A DNA stretch of 63,218 nucleotides, counting the filler, from Octopus bimaculoides (Eukaryota), in NCBI RefSeq assembly GCF_001194135.2. It is 5 parts of 5 records of this genome, joined end to end, with 100 filler letters (N's around TTAATTAATTAA, not from the genome) between each part and the next. Parts side by side here need not be neighbours in the genome. Positions count along the whole stretch, not along the records: positions 24,149 to 33,882 come from NC_068998.1; positions 33,983 to 43,168 come from NC_068983.1; 3 more parts are not named here. The stretch is one strand, 5' to 3'. Below, piece by piece: positions 26,438 to 39,869 of the stretch; within the stretch, counting starts at the first letter, position 1, and each line of letters starts with the position of its first letter. A model generated the notes under the pieces. It was not told the origin of the DNA and did no database searches. It was given only the letters and a program-made list of their open reading frames with translations. Made by a program: the position numbers and the translations under genes.

Positions 26438-27037
26438 GAGGCATATATACATACATGTATGCATATATATATGTACACATATATACATACGCCTACAAAT
26501 ATATATTAATTTTAGTCGGCTGCAAAAATCGTTTGTACGAATTTATATTCGGAATATATATATAAATGCTCAGATTGTATATATATATATTCATATATAT
26601 ATATANNNNNNNNNNNNNNNNNNNNNNNNNNNNNNNNNNNNNNNNNNNNNNNNNNNNNNNNNNNNNNNNNNNNNNNNNNNNNNNNNNNNNNNNNNNNNNN
26701 NNNNNNNNNNNNNNNNNNNNNNNNNNNNNNNNNNNNNNNNNNNNNNNNNNNNNNNNNNNNNNNNNNNNNNNNNNNNNNNNNNNNNNNNNNNNNNNNNNNN
26801 NNNNNNNNNNNNNNNNNNNNNNNNNNNNNNNNNNNNNNNNNNNNNNNNNNNNNNNNNNNNNNNNNNNNNNNNNNNNNNNNNNNNNNNNNNNNNNNNNNNN
26901 NNNNNNNNNNNNNNNNNNNNNNNNNNNNNNNNNNNNNNNNNNNNNNNNNNNNNNNNNNNNNNNNNNNNNNNNNNNNNNNNNNNNNNNNNNNNNNNNNNNN
27001 NNNNNNNNNNNNNNNNNNNNNNNNNNNNNNNNNNNNN

Positions 27038-27555
27038 CCACCGCAACCATAACCACCACTTTCGTCACCACCATAGCCGCCAAGATCATTATCGTCACAT
27101 GGCCGACATCGCCTCCGCCACACCCGCTGTCGACTCCAACAACGGCAACGCTATCATTAACTCAGCCGCCTACACCACAGTACCGCCAAAACTACTGACA
27201 CCACCATCATCATCATCATCACCACCACCCACAGCAATAACAATAGCACTACCCTCACCACTACCATTACCAATACTATTAGCACAACACTACCACCAAG
27301 GCGAGGAGAACTATCTCTACTACAGCCTTAATCACCACTACTACCACCAGTACAACCAACACCACCAATACGATTGCAACCACTGCTACTATCACCACTA
27401 CCACCACCATCACCTTCACCATGATGATAGTGATGGTGGTGGTGGTAGTGGTGGTGGTAGTTCTTCCATCACAGTTATAAGAACTGTCACTACCACCGCT
27501 ACTACTATTGATACTACAAGAACTACATCCATCACCACCACCGTCCCCAACATCC
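27038..27555. repeat. Cryptic (CAC/CAT/TAC)n low-complexity block
   Basis: Direct reading. Confidence 0.8.
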
Positions 27556-28029
27556 ATAAGTGAGGGAACGAAATTTGCTTTGGGTTTGCGACCCTGGGAC
27601 CCACTCGGGATTTTCAAACCCTTTCTTCGTTGCTCCCTGCAAGCCCTGTTCTCCAAACGATTCTAACGCCATGGCCATCACGCATTCTCCCGATTTGCTA
27701 GAAAAGTTAGACAAATCCTATCAAATCACACACACACACACACACATACACACACACAGAGACACGTACGCACGCACACATGCACATAATCGCGACCACC
27801 ATCTTGGAAAGGGATACATTGAGTAATGACATGTTAGGAGAATCCCGATTCATATGGAACCGACGGGAGAGTCACTTTTGGTAATATGTTGGATCATTGG
27901 TCTGCTCTGTTAACCTTTTTCCTGGGGCTAAAACAATTATCTTCTTCACCGTAGGGGTAATATTGACCCACCCACCCCACTTAAACATGGATGTTCTGTT
28001 AGAACAAACAATTCTGCGACAGATAGCAC

Positions 28030-28322
28030 GTCGTCATCATCATCGTCTTTATCATCATCATCGTCGTTGTCGTCGTCATCATAATCGTCATCGACGTCAT
28101 CATAATCATCCTCACATCATCTTCATCATCATCATCAACTTCATCATCATCATCATCATCATCAACAACATCATCATCGCCGTCATCATCATCGTCATCA
28201 TCATGGTTCGTCGTCGTCGTCGTCATCATCATCATCGTCGTCATCATCATCCTCACATCATCTTCATCATCATCATCATCATCATCATCGCCGTCATCAT
28301 CATCATCATCACCATCACCATT
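28030..28322. repeat. (CAT/CGT)n compound array
   Basis: Direct reading. Confidence 0.9.
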
Positions 28323-29567
28323 GCACTAGAAATATGCGCGTATTTCAAAGTACCTGTCTTTGTGCGCCTCTGCGTTTGGTGCTTTTGTGTGCGCATATGT
28401 GGAGGCGGTGCCTCTGCTCTCTTTGTGTGAGTCTGTGTATGTGAGCTCGTGTCCTTTACCTGTATGTGTGTACTTATTACTTTGTGTATCAGTGTGTCTG
28501 AGTGTCTGTGTGTGTGTATGTGTTCCAGGAGTGTGTAAACGACTGTGTGTCTAAGTACGAAGCATGTGTTGTAACTGAGCGCTGGATGTGTGTACGGACA
28601 CACAGACTTCAAATATATATAAACGATTATTCACACTAGGAGCCTGCACGCATACACAAACGTGTGTGTGTGTGTGTGTGTGAGAGATGGGAGATAGAGA
28701 AAGAGACAGAGAGACTGTTTGCATGTGGACATTTATGCTTTTGTGTGTGTGTATGCGACCGTTTATTTGTGAGTACGTGTATGTATGTGTATGTGTGTAT
28801 GCTTATGCTTGCATGTATGTGTGTATGTGTGTGTTTTTGTATATGTGGGAGAGAGGGGGAGAGAGTGAGACCGTGTTTGTATATGTACGTTTATGCGTTT
28901 GTGTGTGTGTGTGTGTGTATGTATGCACGCGTTTATTTATGAGTGCGTGTGTGTATGTGTGTGTGNNNNNNNNNNNNNNNNNNNNNNNNNNNNNNNNNNN
29001 NNNNNNNNNNNNNNNNNNNNNNNNNNNNNNNNNNNNNNNNNNNNNNNNNNNNNNNNNNNNNNNNNNNNNNNNNNNNNNNNNNNNNNNNNNNNNNNNNNNN
29101 NNNNNNNNNNNNNNNNNNNNNNNNNNNNNNNNNNNNNNNNNNNNNNNNNNNNNNNNNNNNNNNNNNNNNNNNNNNNNNNNNNNNNNNNNNNNNNNNNNNN
29201 NNNNNNNNNNNNNNNNNNNNNNNNNNNNNNNNNNNNNNNNNNNNNNNNNNNNNNNNNNNNNNNNNNNNNNNNNNNNNNNNNNNNNNNNNNNNNCTATGAA
29301 AATGGCTGGCTATTTCTCGCCTGAAGCCTTCTTCAACGAAGAGAGTCCGTTTCTCTATCAGAAAGGAAGCTAGTTTTAAATTGCCTTTGATTGCATTTAA
29401 AGGTTTTGAGGGGCCGCTTATGATTCGGTGGGTGTTGTTGATGTGAGGGTGTGTTGTAGTGCGATTGTGATGTTGTGCAGGCGTTTGGCAAATGTGTGTG
29501 TGTGAGTGTGTGTGTTGTGCCGTGATATGTAGATGAGTGTGCCTACACATTGTGTGGTGTATTAGTT

Positions 29568-29611
<44 letters not shown>

Positions 29612-29714
29612 TGCTTGTGTGTGCTATTACGGAGTGGTGCGGTTTTATTAGGCAACGGTCTAATGTGTTGGCTTTTTGCGGTGACTTGCGGAGAGATGCG
29701 GTAGTGAGAGGCCA

Positions 29715-29720
29715 TTATTA

Positions 29721-29815
<95 letters not shown>

Positions 29816-29985
29816 TTAATTTTTATTATTATTACTATTGCTGTTGTTATTTTATTATTATCATTATCAGCAGCACCAGCAGCAGCAGCAGCAGCAGCGG
29901 CGGCAGCAGCAGTAGTAGTAGTAGTAGNNNNNNNNNNCAGCAGCAGCAGCAGCGGCGGCAGCAGCAGTAGTAGTAGTAGTAGTAT
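29715..29985. repeat. (TAT)n-(CAG)n-(TAG)n compound array
   Basis: Direct reading. Confidence 0.9.
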
Positions 29986-30000
29986 TGTTCAGGCGGCAAA

Positions 30001-30216
30001 AAGGCGGTGAGCTGGCAGAATCGTTAGAGCCCCGGGCAAAATGCTTAGCGGTATTTCATCGGTCTTTACGTTCTGAGTTCAAATTCCGCCGAGGTCGACT
30101 TTGCCTTTTTATTCTTTTCGGGGTCGATAACACAAGTAACAGTTAAGCACTTGGGTCGATGTAATTGACTTAGCCCCTTCCATGAAATTGCTGGCCTTGT
30201 GCCAAAATTTGAAACC
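30001..30216 (+). mobile_element. SINE family C, copy 1 of a tandem trimer
   Basis: aaggcggtgagctggcagaatcgttag..ctgagttcaaattccgccgaggtcgactttgcc..ggccttgtgccaaaatttgaaacc. Confidence 0.9.
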
Positions 30217-30219
30217 GAC

Positions 30220-30440
30220 AGGCAGCGAGCTAGCAGAATCGTTAGAATGTAAGGCACATTGCTTAGCGGCATTTCGTCTGTCTTTCCGTTCTGAGTTCAA
30301 ATTCCGTCTATGTGGACTTTACCTTTCATCGTTGCGGGGCCAATAAAATAAGTAACAGTCGAGCACTGGGGTAGATGTAATCGTCTACTCCACTGCTACC
30401 CCTAAAAATCTCAGGTTTTGTGCCTGTAGTAGAAAAGATT
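30220..30440 (+). mobile_element. SINE family C, copy 2 of the tandem trimer
   Basis: ggcagcgagctagcagaatcgttag..ctgagttcaaattcc..gcactggggtagatgtaatcg..gttttgtgcctgtagtagaaaagatt. Confidence 0.85.
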
Positions 30441-30444
30441 GTAT

Positions 30445-30565
30445 AGCGGCCAACTCGTAGGCCTATTAATGCCATCAGGCAAAATGCAAAACGATATTCC
30501 AACCGGCTTTCAATTCCTGAGTTCGAATACCTACAAGGCCGACTTTACCTTTCATTCCTTCGGCT
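30445..30565 (+). mobile_element. SINE family C, copy 3 (most diverged, 3'-truncated)
   Basis: caggcaaaatgc..cctgagttcgaatacc..gccgactttacctttcattccttcgg. Confidence 0.55.
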
Positions 30566-31511
30566 TTCAGTTCCACGGCGATGGCAGCGACAGTGGTGGT
30601 GGTCGTGGTGGACATGGTGGTCGTGGTGGTGGTGGTGNNNNNNNNNNNNNNNNNNNNNNNNNNNNNNNNNNNNNNNNNNNNNNNNNNNNNNNNNNNNNNN
30701 NNNNNNNNNNNNNNNNNNNNNNNNNNNNNNNNNNNNNNNNNNNNNNNNNNNNNNNNNNNNNNNNNNNNNNNNNNNNNNNNNNNNNNNNNNNNNNNNNNNN
30801 NNNNNNNNNNNNNNNNNNNNNNNNNNNNNNNNNNNNNNNNNNNNNNNNNNNNNNNNNNNNNNNNNNNNNNNNNNNNNNNNNNNNNNNNNNNNNNNNNNNN
30901 NNNNNNNNNNNNNNNNNNNNNNNNNNNNNNNNNNNNNNNNNNNNNNNNNNNNNNNNNNNNNNNNNNNNNNNNNNNNNNNNNNNNNNNNNNNNNNNNNNNN
31001 NNNNNNNNNNNNNNNNNNNNNNNNNNNNNNNNNNNNNNNNNNNNNNNNNNNNNNNNNNNNNNNNNNNNNNNNNNNNNNNNNNNNNNNNNNNNNNNNNNNN
31101 NNNNNNNNNNNNNNNNNNNNNNNNNNNNNNNNNNNNNNNNNNNNNNNNNNNNNNNTGCGTGGGTGTGTGTGTATGTATGTGTGTGTATGGCTGTGTGTGT
31201 GTATGTATTTCTGCAAGTGCCTGTGAACGTGTCTGCAAGAATAGCGCCAAAGAGATTCCACTTAACTTTTCATTGCACATAAAACACCCACCCACCCCGT
31301 ACCAACGCCCCACCACGGCCAATACACGCCACTACATTTCCACCTACAGCACACCTGCACCGCCGCTTTTCTGCTCTATATTGTCGAACATCGCTATTCA
31401 GCTCCGTACACCATTCTATGCGACTCCGTTCTATCTAATAATTTTTGGTCCATCTATTTATCTGTCTTATACGACTTCATTAATCTATCTTTCTAAATAT
31501 GCCTGCCAATA

Positions 31512-31556
<45 letters not shown>

Positions 31557-31567
31557 CTCTATCTATA

Positions 31568-31604
<37 letters not shown>

Positions 31605-32304
31605 CTATCTGTCTGTCTGTCAGTCTGTCTGTCTATGAATCGTTCGTTATGTTTGTGTGTGTGTGTGTGTATATATATGTGTGTGTGTGTTAGCAATATA
31701 TACTGTATTTAAAGGGCGCAGCGTCGCAGCGATTACCAGTTACTGGAAGATCTGCCTAGGGTTAAATTAGTAGTAACATGGAACAGCCATTTTGATGTGG
31801 CGATTGACTTTACTTGCTCTCTACATTATTTCGCGTTCTCTTGAAGCTTCTAACATTACCATTCTCGCTGGTAAGAATAACGTTTTTAAACTAGATAGAG
31901 AAATTCGAAAGAGTACTTTGATCCAATGGTACAACACTTGTCATGGGTACAAGTGATGTGGGTTCGAGTGTAAGAAGCTTTCTTCGGTTCTTTCTGTCAG
32001 GAAGCATTTTCCAACACAAACTTTATATAGTGCAATTGATAAGTATATGAGTGTTTTGAAATCCATTATGTATATATATTCCTTGTATGTACTTCAGCCA
32101 TAGGCCTACGACCATACTAGAGCAACCATAACTTTGTACCCTCTTTACATCCCTTAATGTGTGTGTGTGTGTGTGTGTTGTGTACATATGTATAGATACA
32201 TTTACATGTATGTATGTCTGTGAGTGTACACAATAAACAGATAACTCGGTAGTTAGATAAATAGGCATACAGATAAACAGGGAGATCGAAAATAGTTAGA
32301 TAGG

Positions 32305-32344
<40 letters not shown>

Positions 32345-32377
32345 TAGATAAGCAGGCAGACAGACAGACAGACAGAC

Positions 32378-32450
<73 letters not shown>

Positions 32451-32504
32451 CTGCAATGTGATTTACCAATTTTACCATCCACTTCTTAGCGTTACGGAAA
32501 TTAA

Positions 32505-32650
32505 TGATTTCTGCATTTGGCTAAGTTCCACAAAATTTAGTGGGGCGGCAGAGAAGAGCGGTGTATCGATATAATCACTTCCTGAACTTCCCTGGAAATT
32601 CATTTATCGATGTCCGATCGAAGAAGGGCAAAGTAGACGCTAGCGAGATT
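32505..32650 (-). mobile_element. SINE family C, degenerate
   Basis: atcgatataatc..atttatcgat..gaagggcaaagtagac resembles 23680-23760. Confidence 0.4.
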
Positions 32651-32885
32651 ACATTATGATTATAAAGGCTGATAACCAGAGTACGTGGTATATTTTTTAC
32701 TTCTGCAAATGAGGACTAGCTGGCTACTGGGCACAGATCTCTGTCTCTGTCTGTCTCTCTTTCTCTCTCTCTCTCTCTTTCTCTTTGTCTGTCTGTCTGT
32801 CTCTTTCTCTCTATCTGTCTGTCTGTCTCTCTCCTCCCCCTCTTTCTGTCTCTCTCCCTCCCCCCCTCTCTCTCTCTCTCTGTAA

Positions 32886-32990
32886 ATGAATCTCAGCGAC
32901 CATTTTGTGTGCGCAATTTGCGACACCCTATGCTTTTCTTTTGTTGGGCTCAAATCTCATTTGCGGACCCATGGAAAACGAACCTCCACC
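32886..32990 (+). mobile_element. Isolated C2H2 zinc-finger snippet (FVCAICDTLCFSFVGLKSHLRTH), probably a LINE ORF C-terminus
   Basis: C-x2-C-x12-H-x3-H with GLKSHLRTH. A single finger with no TGEKPY linker. Confidence 0.45.
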
Positions 32991-33153
32991 AATGACTCTG
33001 CTTATCTATGTGTGCATACCTGTCAATACCACTATAGATATGACGATACGGTTCGCACAAACGCACGCGCATATTCTCTCGTACAGAAATAGATGTGTGT
33101 TCAAGCTGAGTCTCATACCTACATACGTACAAGGACACAAAGAGAGAGACTAA

Positions 33154-33224
<71 letters not shown>

Positions 33225-33333
33225 GTTGCAACTCATGACACTTTCATTTTCCGGTCCCTAACAGCTGCTACTCAAACATATTTCGTCTTCAAAATCTTCC
33301 CCTAAAAATTCTTGAGCTTTCGTATTTTATCTT

Positions 33334-33392
<59 letters not shown>

Positions 33393-33635
33393 ATTATTTA
33401 TGTATGCGTGTGTGTGTGTCTGTATGTGTGTTTTGCGTTTCCTTTCTTCCTTGAGAAAAGCCCGAAATGATAAAAATTGAGACTAAAAAGGAAAGACAAG
33501 TAAACCAGTTTATTAAAGGGATTTTATCGCGCCCGGCCATCCTCTTGCCATGCATGGGACAGGAAGTCAGGCTTTTTCAAAGACCGGAAGCATGTGTGTC
33601 GTTGTTAAACGCTTCCACCTACTTCAGTCCCGCTT

Positions 33636-33667
<32 letters not shown>

Positions 33668-33749
33668 ATCTACTTGTGGCGTTTATATATCAATCACTGT
33701 ATCCGAAGACTATAAAAAGGTGCTGCTGGTGCTGCTGGTGCTGCTGCTG

Positions 33750-33785
<36 letters not shown>

Positions 33786-33882
33786 TTACTACTACTACTT
33801 CTGCTGCTGCTTCTGCTGCTACTGCTGTTTGATGATGATTGTGATGACAACGATGAGTAGGTGGTTGTGGTGGTGGTGGTGG

Positions 33883-33982
33883 NNNNNNNNNNNNNNNNNN
33901 NNNNNNNNNNNNNNNNNNNNNNNNNNTTAATTAATTAANNNNNNNNNNNNNNNNNNNNNNNNNNNNNNNNNNNNNNNNNNNN
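33883..33982. other. Artificial scaffold-join spacer 44N-TTAATTAATTAA-44N
   Basis: Exactly 100 bp. Confidence 0.95.
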
Positions 33983-34312
33983 CCACATTTTGCTAATTTT
34001 TATTTCAAGATCTTTATATTTGCTCAGTTTTTGGTAGGTCTTGACAGATACGTTTATATCAATTGGGACAGTCATATCAATGAGGAGGCATGATTTGTGT
34101 CTGAAGTCTTACAGTATGATGTCTGGCCTATTTGCGTCTATCTTTCTGTCAGTTTGAATGGTGAAGTTCCAGAGGAGTGCAATGTGATCATTTTCAAGTA
34201 CTGGGGGTGGTTTGTGTTCCCACCAGTTTTTATCATGGGGCAAGTCCAGGTTTTTGCATATTACCCAGTGAATATATTGTGCAGCTCTATCATGCCTGTT
34301 GAGATACTCTGT
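33983..34312 (-). mobile_element. RLE-type (R4/Dong-like) retrotransposon endonuclease fragment
   Basis: TEYLNRHDRAAQYIHW..LLWNFTIQTDRKIDANRPDIIL*DFRHKSCLLIDMTVPIDINVSVKTYQKLSKYKDLEIKISKMW contains the RHD, RPD, D-x-x-V-P and KxxKY motifs of the PD-(D/E)xK RLE domain. Confidence 0.9.
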
Positions 34313-34432
34313 ATTATTAATCTCCTTCAACCATTTGTCAATAACTTTACTTACAGTTTCTTATGCACCAATTGTTCCAGGCACAATCATTTCAGTTTGC
34401 GTACTCCAAATTCTTGCAATCTGAAATTTTAA
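34313..34432 (-). mobile_element. C-terminal RLE fragment from a second element, fused to the fragment above
   Basis: LKFQIARIWSTQTEMIVPGTIGA*ETVSKVIDKWLKEI resembles the terminal EIxRxW..VP.xIGALG.V.K..KWL segment. Confidence 0.55.
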
Positions 34433-34653
34433 GGGGTTATATATATATGTTTCTTGTTTTTCATTCGCTTTCTTTAACACAGAGACAGACGAAATGCCGC
34501 AATGCATTTTTCCTGACGTGCAAACGATTCTCCCTCATCTTCGCCATTCTTATCAATGAAATATTAAAAATTATTGTGCATTGCATCTTATTTCACAATA
34601 CATACATACATACATACATACATACAAACACTCATACAAACACTAGTATATTC

Positions 34654-34738
<85 letters not shown>

Positions 34739-34956
34739 CTTGTATGTGCCCTTATGAAAGAGTATCATCATCATAATTATTATTATTATTACTATTCTTA
34801 TTATTTAGTTTGATTTTTTTTACCCCAATAGTCTTTTCATTACAAAATCCGTTAGATACGTCTTGTTGTCTATATTGTTATCACTGCTATTCATTGAACT
34901 AAANNNNNNNNNNNNNNNNNNNNNNNNNNNNNNNNNNNNNNNNNNNNNNNNNNNNN

Positions 34957-35015
<59 letters not shown>

Positions 35016-36109
35016 AGCAGCGGGCGCACAGATTAAAATTGTTGCTTAATCAAATGTTGATGTGTATTTTTTTTTATTTCATTTTCATATTTTATGAGTT
35101 ATTTTTACGCCATTGTTTTCGCTTTCTTTGCCAGAGAAAAGCGTTTTGAATCTTCATTATATTTTGAGGTTTGTTTTGCATGTCTACTTCGTTTCTCTTT
35201 TTAATTTCATTTTCTCCATCGTTGTATTCGCATTGCATCGAATAAATCTGCTGCTTTCATCTTCTTCAAGACAAATAGCATTTCATTTGTTAAGAAATAA
35301 CTTGGTATTTATTCAGTAAATATGGAATTGTATTATATTAACCCTGAATAAGTTTACTACATTTAGCGTATAAAACAGATTGAAATAAAGACAATTTTGA
35401 ATATTATTTTATTTTCTATTTCATTTACCCATTTGCTTGTGTGATTTTGTTTTCACGCTTAATTTCTCCTATTGGCAAACATTGCATCGAGAGGACACAG
35501 TGACAAAACTTTCTAACTGTAAACACATCACTGTAATGCTATTCATCAACAAACTTTATGAAAGAGTTCAGAATTTATTATGGTACAACATATGATAATG
35601 GCTGCCCACCTCATTCTAATAGCTTGAATTTTAACGAGTTTACCCAATGAAGCCAGGGTTATTTTCTGCCGTCGATCAGATTGTATTTGAAACAGAATCT
35701 AATCAAATGTCTAATCAATTAATCGATTTGCTCAGTTACCTCCAAATCATAAGACCTCTCTAAAATATATAATATAAAATTTATTATTTCCAAAATTTCT
35801 GGTGTTATACCAAAGTTAAAAGCAATTTTTTGCTAGCACGTTTGAAATGAAATAACAAAAGATTCGACACTTGTTTTCACCCATCGAGTGTCGATAAAAT
35901 AATTTACTAGTGAAGCAGTATTGAATTACATTTTATAGACTGATTTATCCGCCGCTGCCCTCAAAATGTTTTAGATCTATCATGGACTCGCCTTAGACGA
36001 GTGGTGTGTTAGCGGGGGTTCGCTCTCCCTGCTAGCGATGTAGTGTATATATGTGTGTATGTGTGTGTGTGCATGTGCATCCATATTTTTTCCTCAGCAC
36101 CTGATCCTG

Positions 36110-36273
36110 TTGTCTTTGTGTTCCCTTAATATAATGGTTCATTAGAGCGACCTATAAATGAATATATCAGACTTTTAAAAAGGACTATGTGCCGATTCAT
36201 ATGACTAAAAATTCTTGAAGGTGGTGTCCTAGCATGGCCGCAGTCTAATAACAAACAAATACAAGATCAAAGA
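36110..36273 (+). mobile_element. SINE family A, 3' remnant
   Basis: atgactaaaaattcttgaaggtggtgtcctagcatggccgcagtctaata. Confidence 0.6.
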
Positions 36274-36879
36274 TATGTGTGTGCGCGTGTGTGTGTGTAT
36301 GTGTCTCTGAGAGCGAAGGAGGGAAAGAGAGGGAGAAATAGTTATACACAGAGGGGCTATTAATGATTTACCTCCCTTGTACGTAGTAGCGATATTGAAC
36401 ATTTGCAATACCGGACAATTAATTGATTTTTGTTCAGTTAAAACTTGTAATGCTTAAAACGCATCTGATATCTTTCCCATCAGTAGTTACTTCGATTGAA
36501 CTTTTGGCGATACCGAATGCAAAATCAGATTTTTTTGTTTTGTATCAAGATTTATAAGTTTAGAATGAAATTGAGATTTTACGGTGGATGTGATGTAGAA
36601 ACGTAGTGAATGTAATTTTACCTTGGTAAAAACATCAAATTTTTACATCGCAAGTGAAATGTTCTTTAGCGAAAAAAAACAAAACGAGGTTTAACATTAC
36701 TACTTCTCCATATAATGTTTGTATGACATGAATCCACAAGTATATAGTTAACCGAAACGGAAAATTGCAGTATCCAAGCATATTCTAACTTGCATTTGCA
36801 ATGAAAGAGCAATATATACAGATAGAAAATGAAACAACTGCACCGTGGTGATTCAAGTCTGAAATATACATGATAAGTA

Positions 36880-36970
36880 TCGAGCTGACCTGGAAGAGCC
36901 TATGTGGTAGCATGATTTGCTAGAAATAGCAGCCGGATTTTTTACTAATCAGACACTACTGCCTTTAAAA
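36880..36970 (+). mobile_element. Dispersed repeat family D
   Basis: catgatttgctagaaatagcagcc..aatcagacactactgcctttaaaa. Confidence 0.4.
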
Positions 36971-38705
36971 TGAAAATAACAGCTTCGCTAATGAAATCCT
37001 GGGTATAATTCGTCAGAATAGGAAGTGAGATGGTAACGACTGAGATTGTTTGACCCAAGTACGAGACGTTTTGTTACAGACGATTTGGCGCAGCCCATTT
37101 GGCGTCGCTCATTCGATGTTGACTTATTTGGTAACAGACGTAATATTTCAGTCACTTTAACGTTTCGTTCTTGCTCTATCCTTTCTCCATCCCACCCCTC
37201 TCTCCTTCTCTTCCCTCTTTCTCCCTTTCTCCTCCTTTCTCATCCCCCGTCTCTCTCCATCCTTTTGTTTATATATCTGAGCATGTTTCTCTTTATGTAT
37301 ATCGGGAGAAGAAAAATGCTAATGTGACTCGTGTTCTCCCCTTCTCTCATTATTTCTATCTACATGTATTTTAAATATGTGTGATATAAATTCCACGATA
37401 TAATTATCACAGTTCTGTGACATATTCTCAAATCAAGTCGCTTACTAGATGCAGTTGTCACATTTTGTGCAAACCATACCCCCACGTTTCATGAAAGGAA
37501 ACACCAAACGCCATGACTGTTTGTTCCCTGTACGCAGTAAAATGTGTGGAGTGGTAACCTTTGGAATACTATTTATCATAAGTTTTCTTCATTGGAAATA
37601 TTCAAAAGTTGACCCACTATACGTATTCAATACGTATATGAGGTCTATATGTATATAAGATCTATGCACTTGCGAGAAATATCAACGAAATCTATTTCAC
37701 AGTACTTGATACTACCTATAAAAGGAAAAAGAATACTAAACAATAAATTCTGAAATGAACTATACGTGACAAAATGGAATTGTTATAGTTTCAATGCATT
37801 TGATCATAAGCTTTCTCGATCAGGGTTGACTCAGGGCTAAACTACAACGGCCTTGAACATTTCTATGCATGCTTTCAAGATTTTCTAAATTCGTTTTGAT
37901 GTATAATAAAGGAAACCCTTAATCTATTTGTGAAGCCATGATTTTATAAAGATTATAAAGGGACTCCAGTAAAATAGGGGCTTCAATAATCGCACGTCGC
38001 TTTCAAAGATTCAGGTAAAATTCAACATCAAATACATCAAATGTAATTTAACCACAAAAAAAAAACACAGAACAAATAAAAAGAAAACAAAACCTGAAGG
38101 GATGAGAAAACTTGCTATGGTGATTGAAAGCAAAACAGTTGTCAGGGAAAATGATTTGTCAATAACGAAGTTGTTTTCAATAATGCCGCTTGTGACCTCA
38201 ATTTCATTTTGAAAATCCACTACGCGCTTAAGAGAAAATTTTAAATCACTAAATTCTATAAACTGAAATGGAATTTTATAAAATTGTCAATAGTATAATA
38301 CTCGTGATAAAAGACACGGATTTAATGTTCAATTTAATGTTATTTTTTATTGCAAATTGTTTGTTTACTCCAAATTTGCACAAGGCTGTCACTATATTTC
38401 ACTCGGCTATTGAGGAAAATAGCGATCAGTGACGACTTGAAAAGGTTTTAAGATTATCTGTAATATACAGACAATCAATTAAAGTATTATAAACATTATA
38501 GGCGTAATATTACACTAGGTGTTAAAGCAACGAGATAATAAATATTTTTGAATGTAAAAATATGCATGCTACCAGTTCGACTGAGTAAAATTAAACTGAG
38601 TAATGTCAAATTGAGTTTCACTATATACCGTGAGGTCGAGAAGAAGAGAATAAGTTACATAGTAATGGACCAGGGCCGAAAATACTTTGTGTAAAAAGCT
38701 TTCGT

Positions 38706-39111
38706 GGCGCAAGAGTGGCTGTGTGGTAAATAGCTTGCTTACTAACCACATGGTTCTGGGTTCAGTCCCACTGCGTGGCACTTTGAAAGTGTCTTCTACT
38801 ATAGCCTCGGGCCGACCAAATCCTTGTGAGTGGATTTGGTAGACGGAAACTGAAAGAAGCCCGTGGTATATATGTATATATATGTATATATGCATGTGTG
38901 TATATGTTTGTGTGTCTGTGTTTGTCCCCGCTTACTTCGCTTGACAACCGATGCTGGTGTGTTTACGTCCCCGTAACTTAGCGGTTCAGCAAAACGAGAC
39001 CGATAGAATAAGTAGTAGGCTTACAAAGAACAAGTCCTGGGGTCGATTTGCTCAACTAAAGACGGTGCCCCAGCATGGCCACAGTCAAATGACTGAAACA
39101 AAGTAAAAGAG
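38706..39111 (+). mobile_element. SINE family A, full length
   Basis: A-box-like tggctgtgtgg, B-box-like ggttcagtccc, internal (TA/TG) microsatellite and tail gactgaaacaaagtaaaagag. Confidence 0.9.
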
Positions 39112-39869
39112 AATTACCGCCTAACTAAATCTCTTGAGTTTTATTATAACCAAAGCCAGTCAGAAAACACATAAAAAATATGATTAACTGTGATATAGTG
39201 AATTATTGTCGCAAACCAGTTTTACCCAACTTTTCCATTATAGTTTCCCTCCTACCCACTTCTTACTCACACCGGTGACTTTAGAACCTATCAGGTCTTC
39301 TAACTAGATAGAGTTTAGTTAACCTTATAAATTTTGTCCATGTTTACCTAAGAAATTGGGATTTGTCAGTTAGTTGAAACTGCTTCAGTAGATCCGAAAG
39401 GCTTTTACACCCGCTTCAACCAGGCACTCCCATAAAATCCAAACGTAAGCCTAAGACGTCATTCAAGTCACCAACAAACACTAACGAACGAACCGTTTCA
39501 AAAGTTATTATAACTGCTAAAATAAATCTAGTCACCAATATTTTTTAATCGGGTCCAAGTCTGATAGCAATGTCTTTGCTGCTTTCGTACCTAGGGCTGC
39601 TAAGTTGCCATCAACTTGCAGGAAGACGTCTCGTAATACCAGATTCAGATGTTTTCGAAATGGTTAATACAACTCCATTTGGTTCGGATATAAACATGGT
39701 TGTGTACACCTCGTAGTCATTGAGAAAAATAACAGTGAAGCGTTGTGAAAATCATTATATGGTTAATCGGCGCCATACTGATATCAAAGAATCTGACTTC
39801 GTTAAGCTTCAAGACTTCAATCCTCTCGTTGACTAATATTGAAGGTGGAAGGAGATTGAGAGAGAACTC

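Noticed and set aside
27532-27714. Coding exon KSGECVMAMALESFGEQ..
   Set aside because: The putative branch point is only about 9 nt from the AG, there is no convincing donor, and the protein family is not recognised.
27099-28430. His/Pro/Thr/Asp-rich proteins
   Set aside because: Compound trinucleotide arrays that are open in several frames on both strands, with no unique coding context.
37070-37140. 51-nt symmetric exon (ttacag|..ttg|gtaaca)
   Set aside because: The sequence is made of short ttggcg/gacg repeats typical of a degenerate repeat element, and no homology is recognised.
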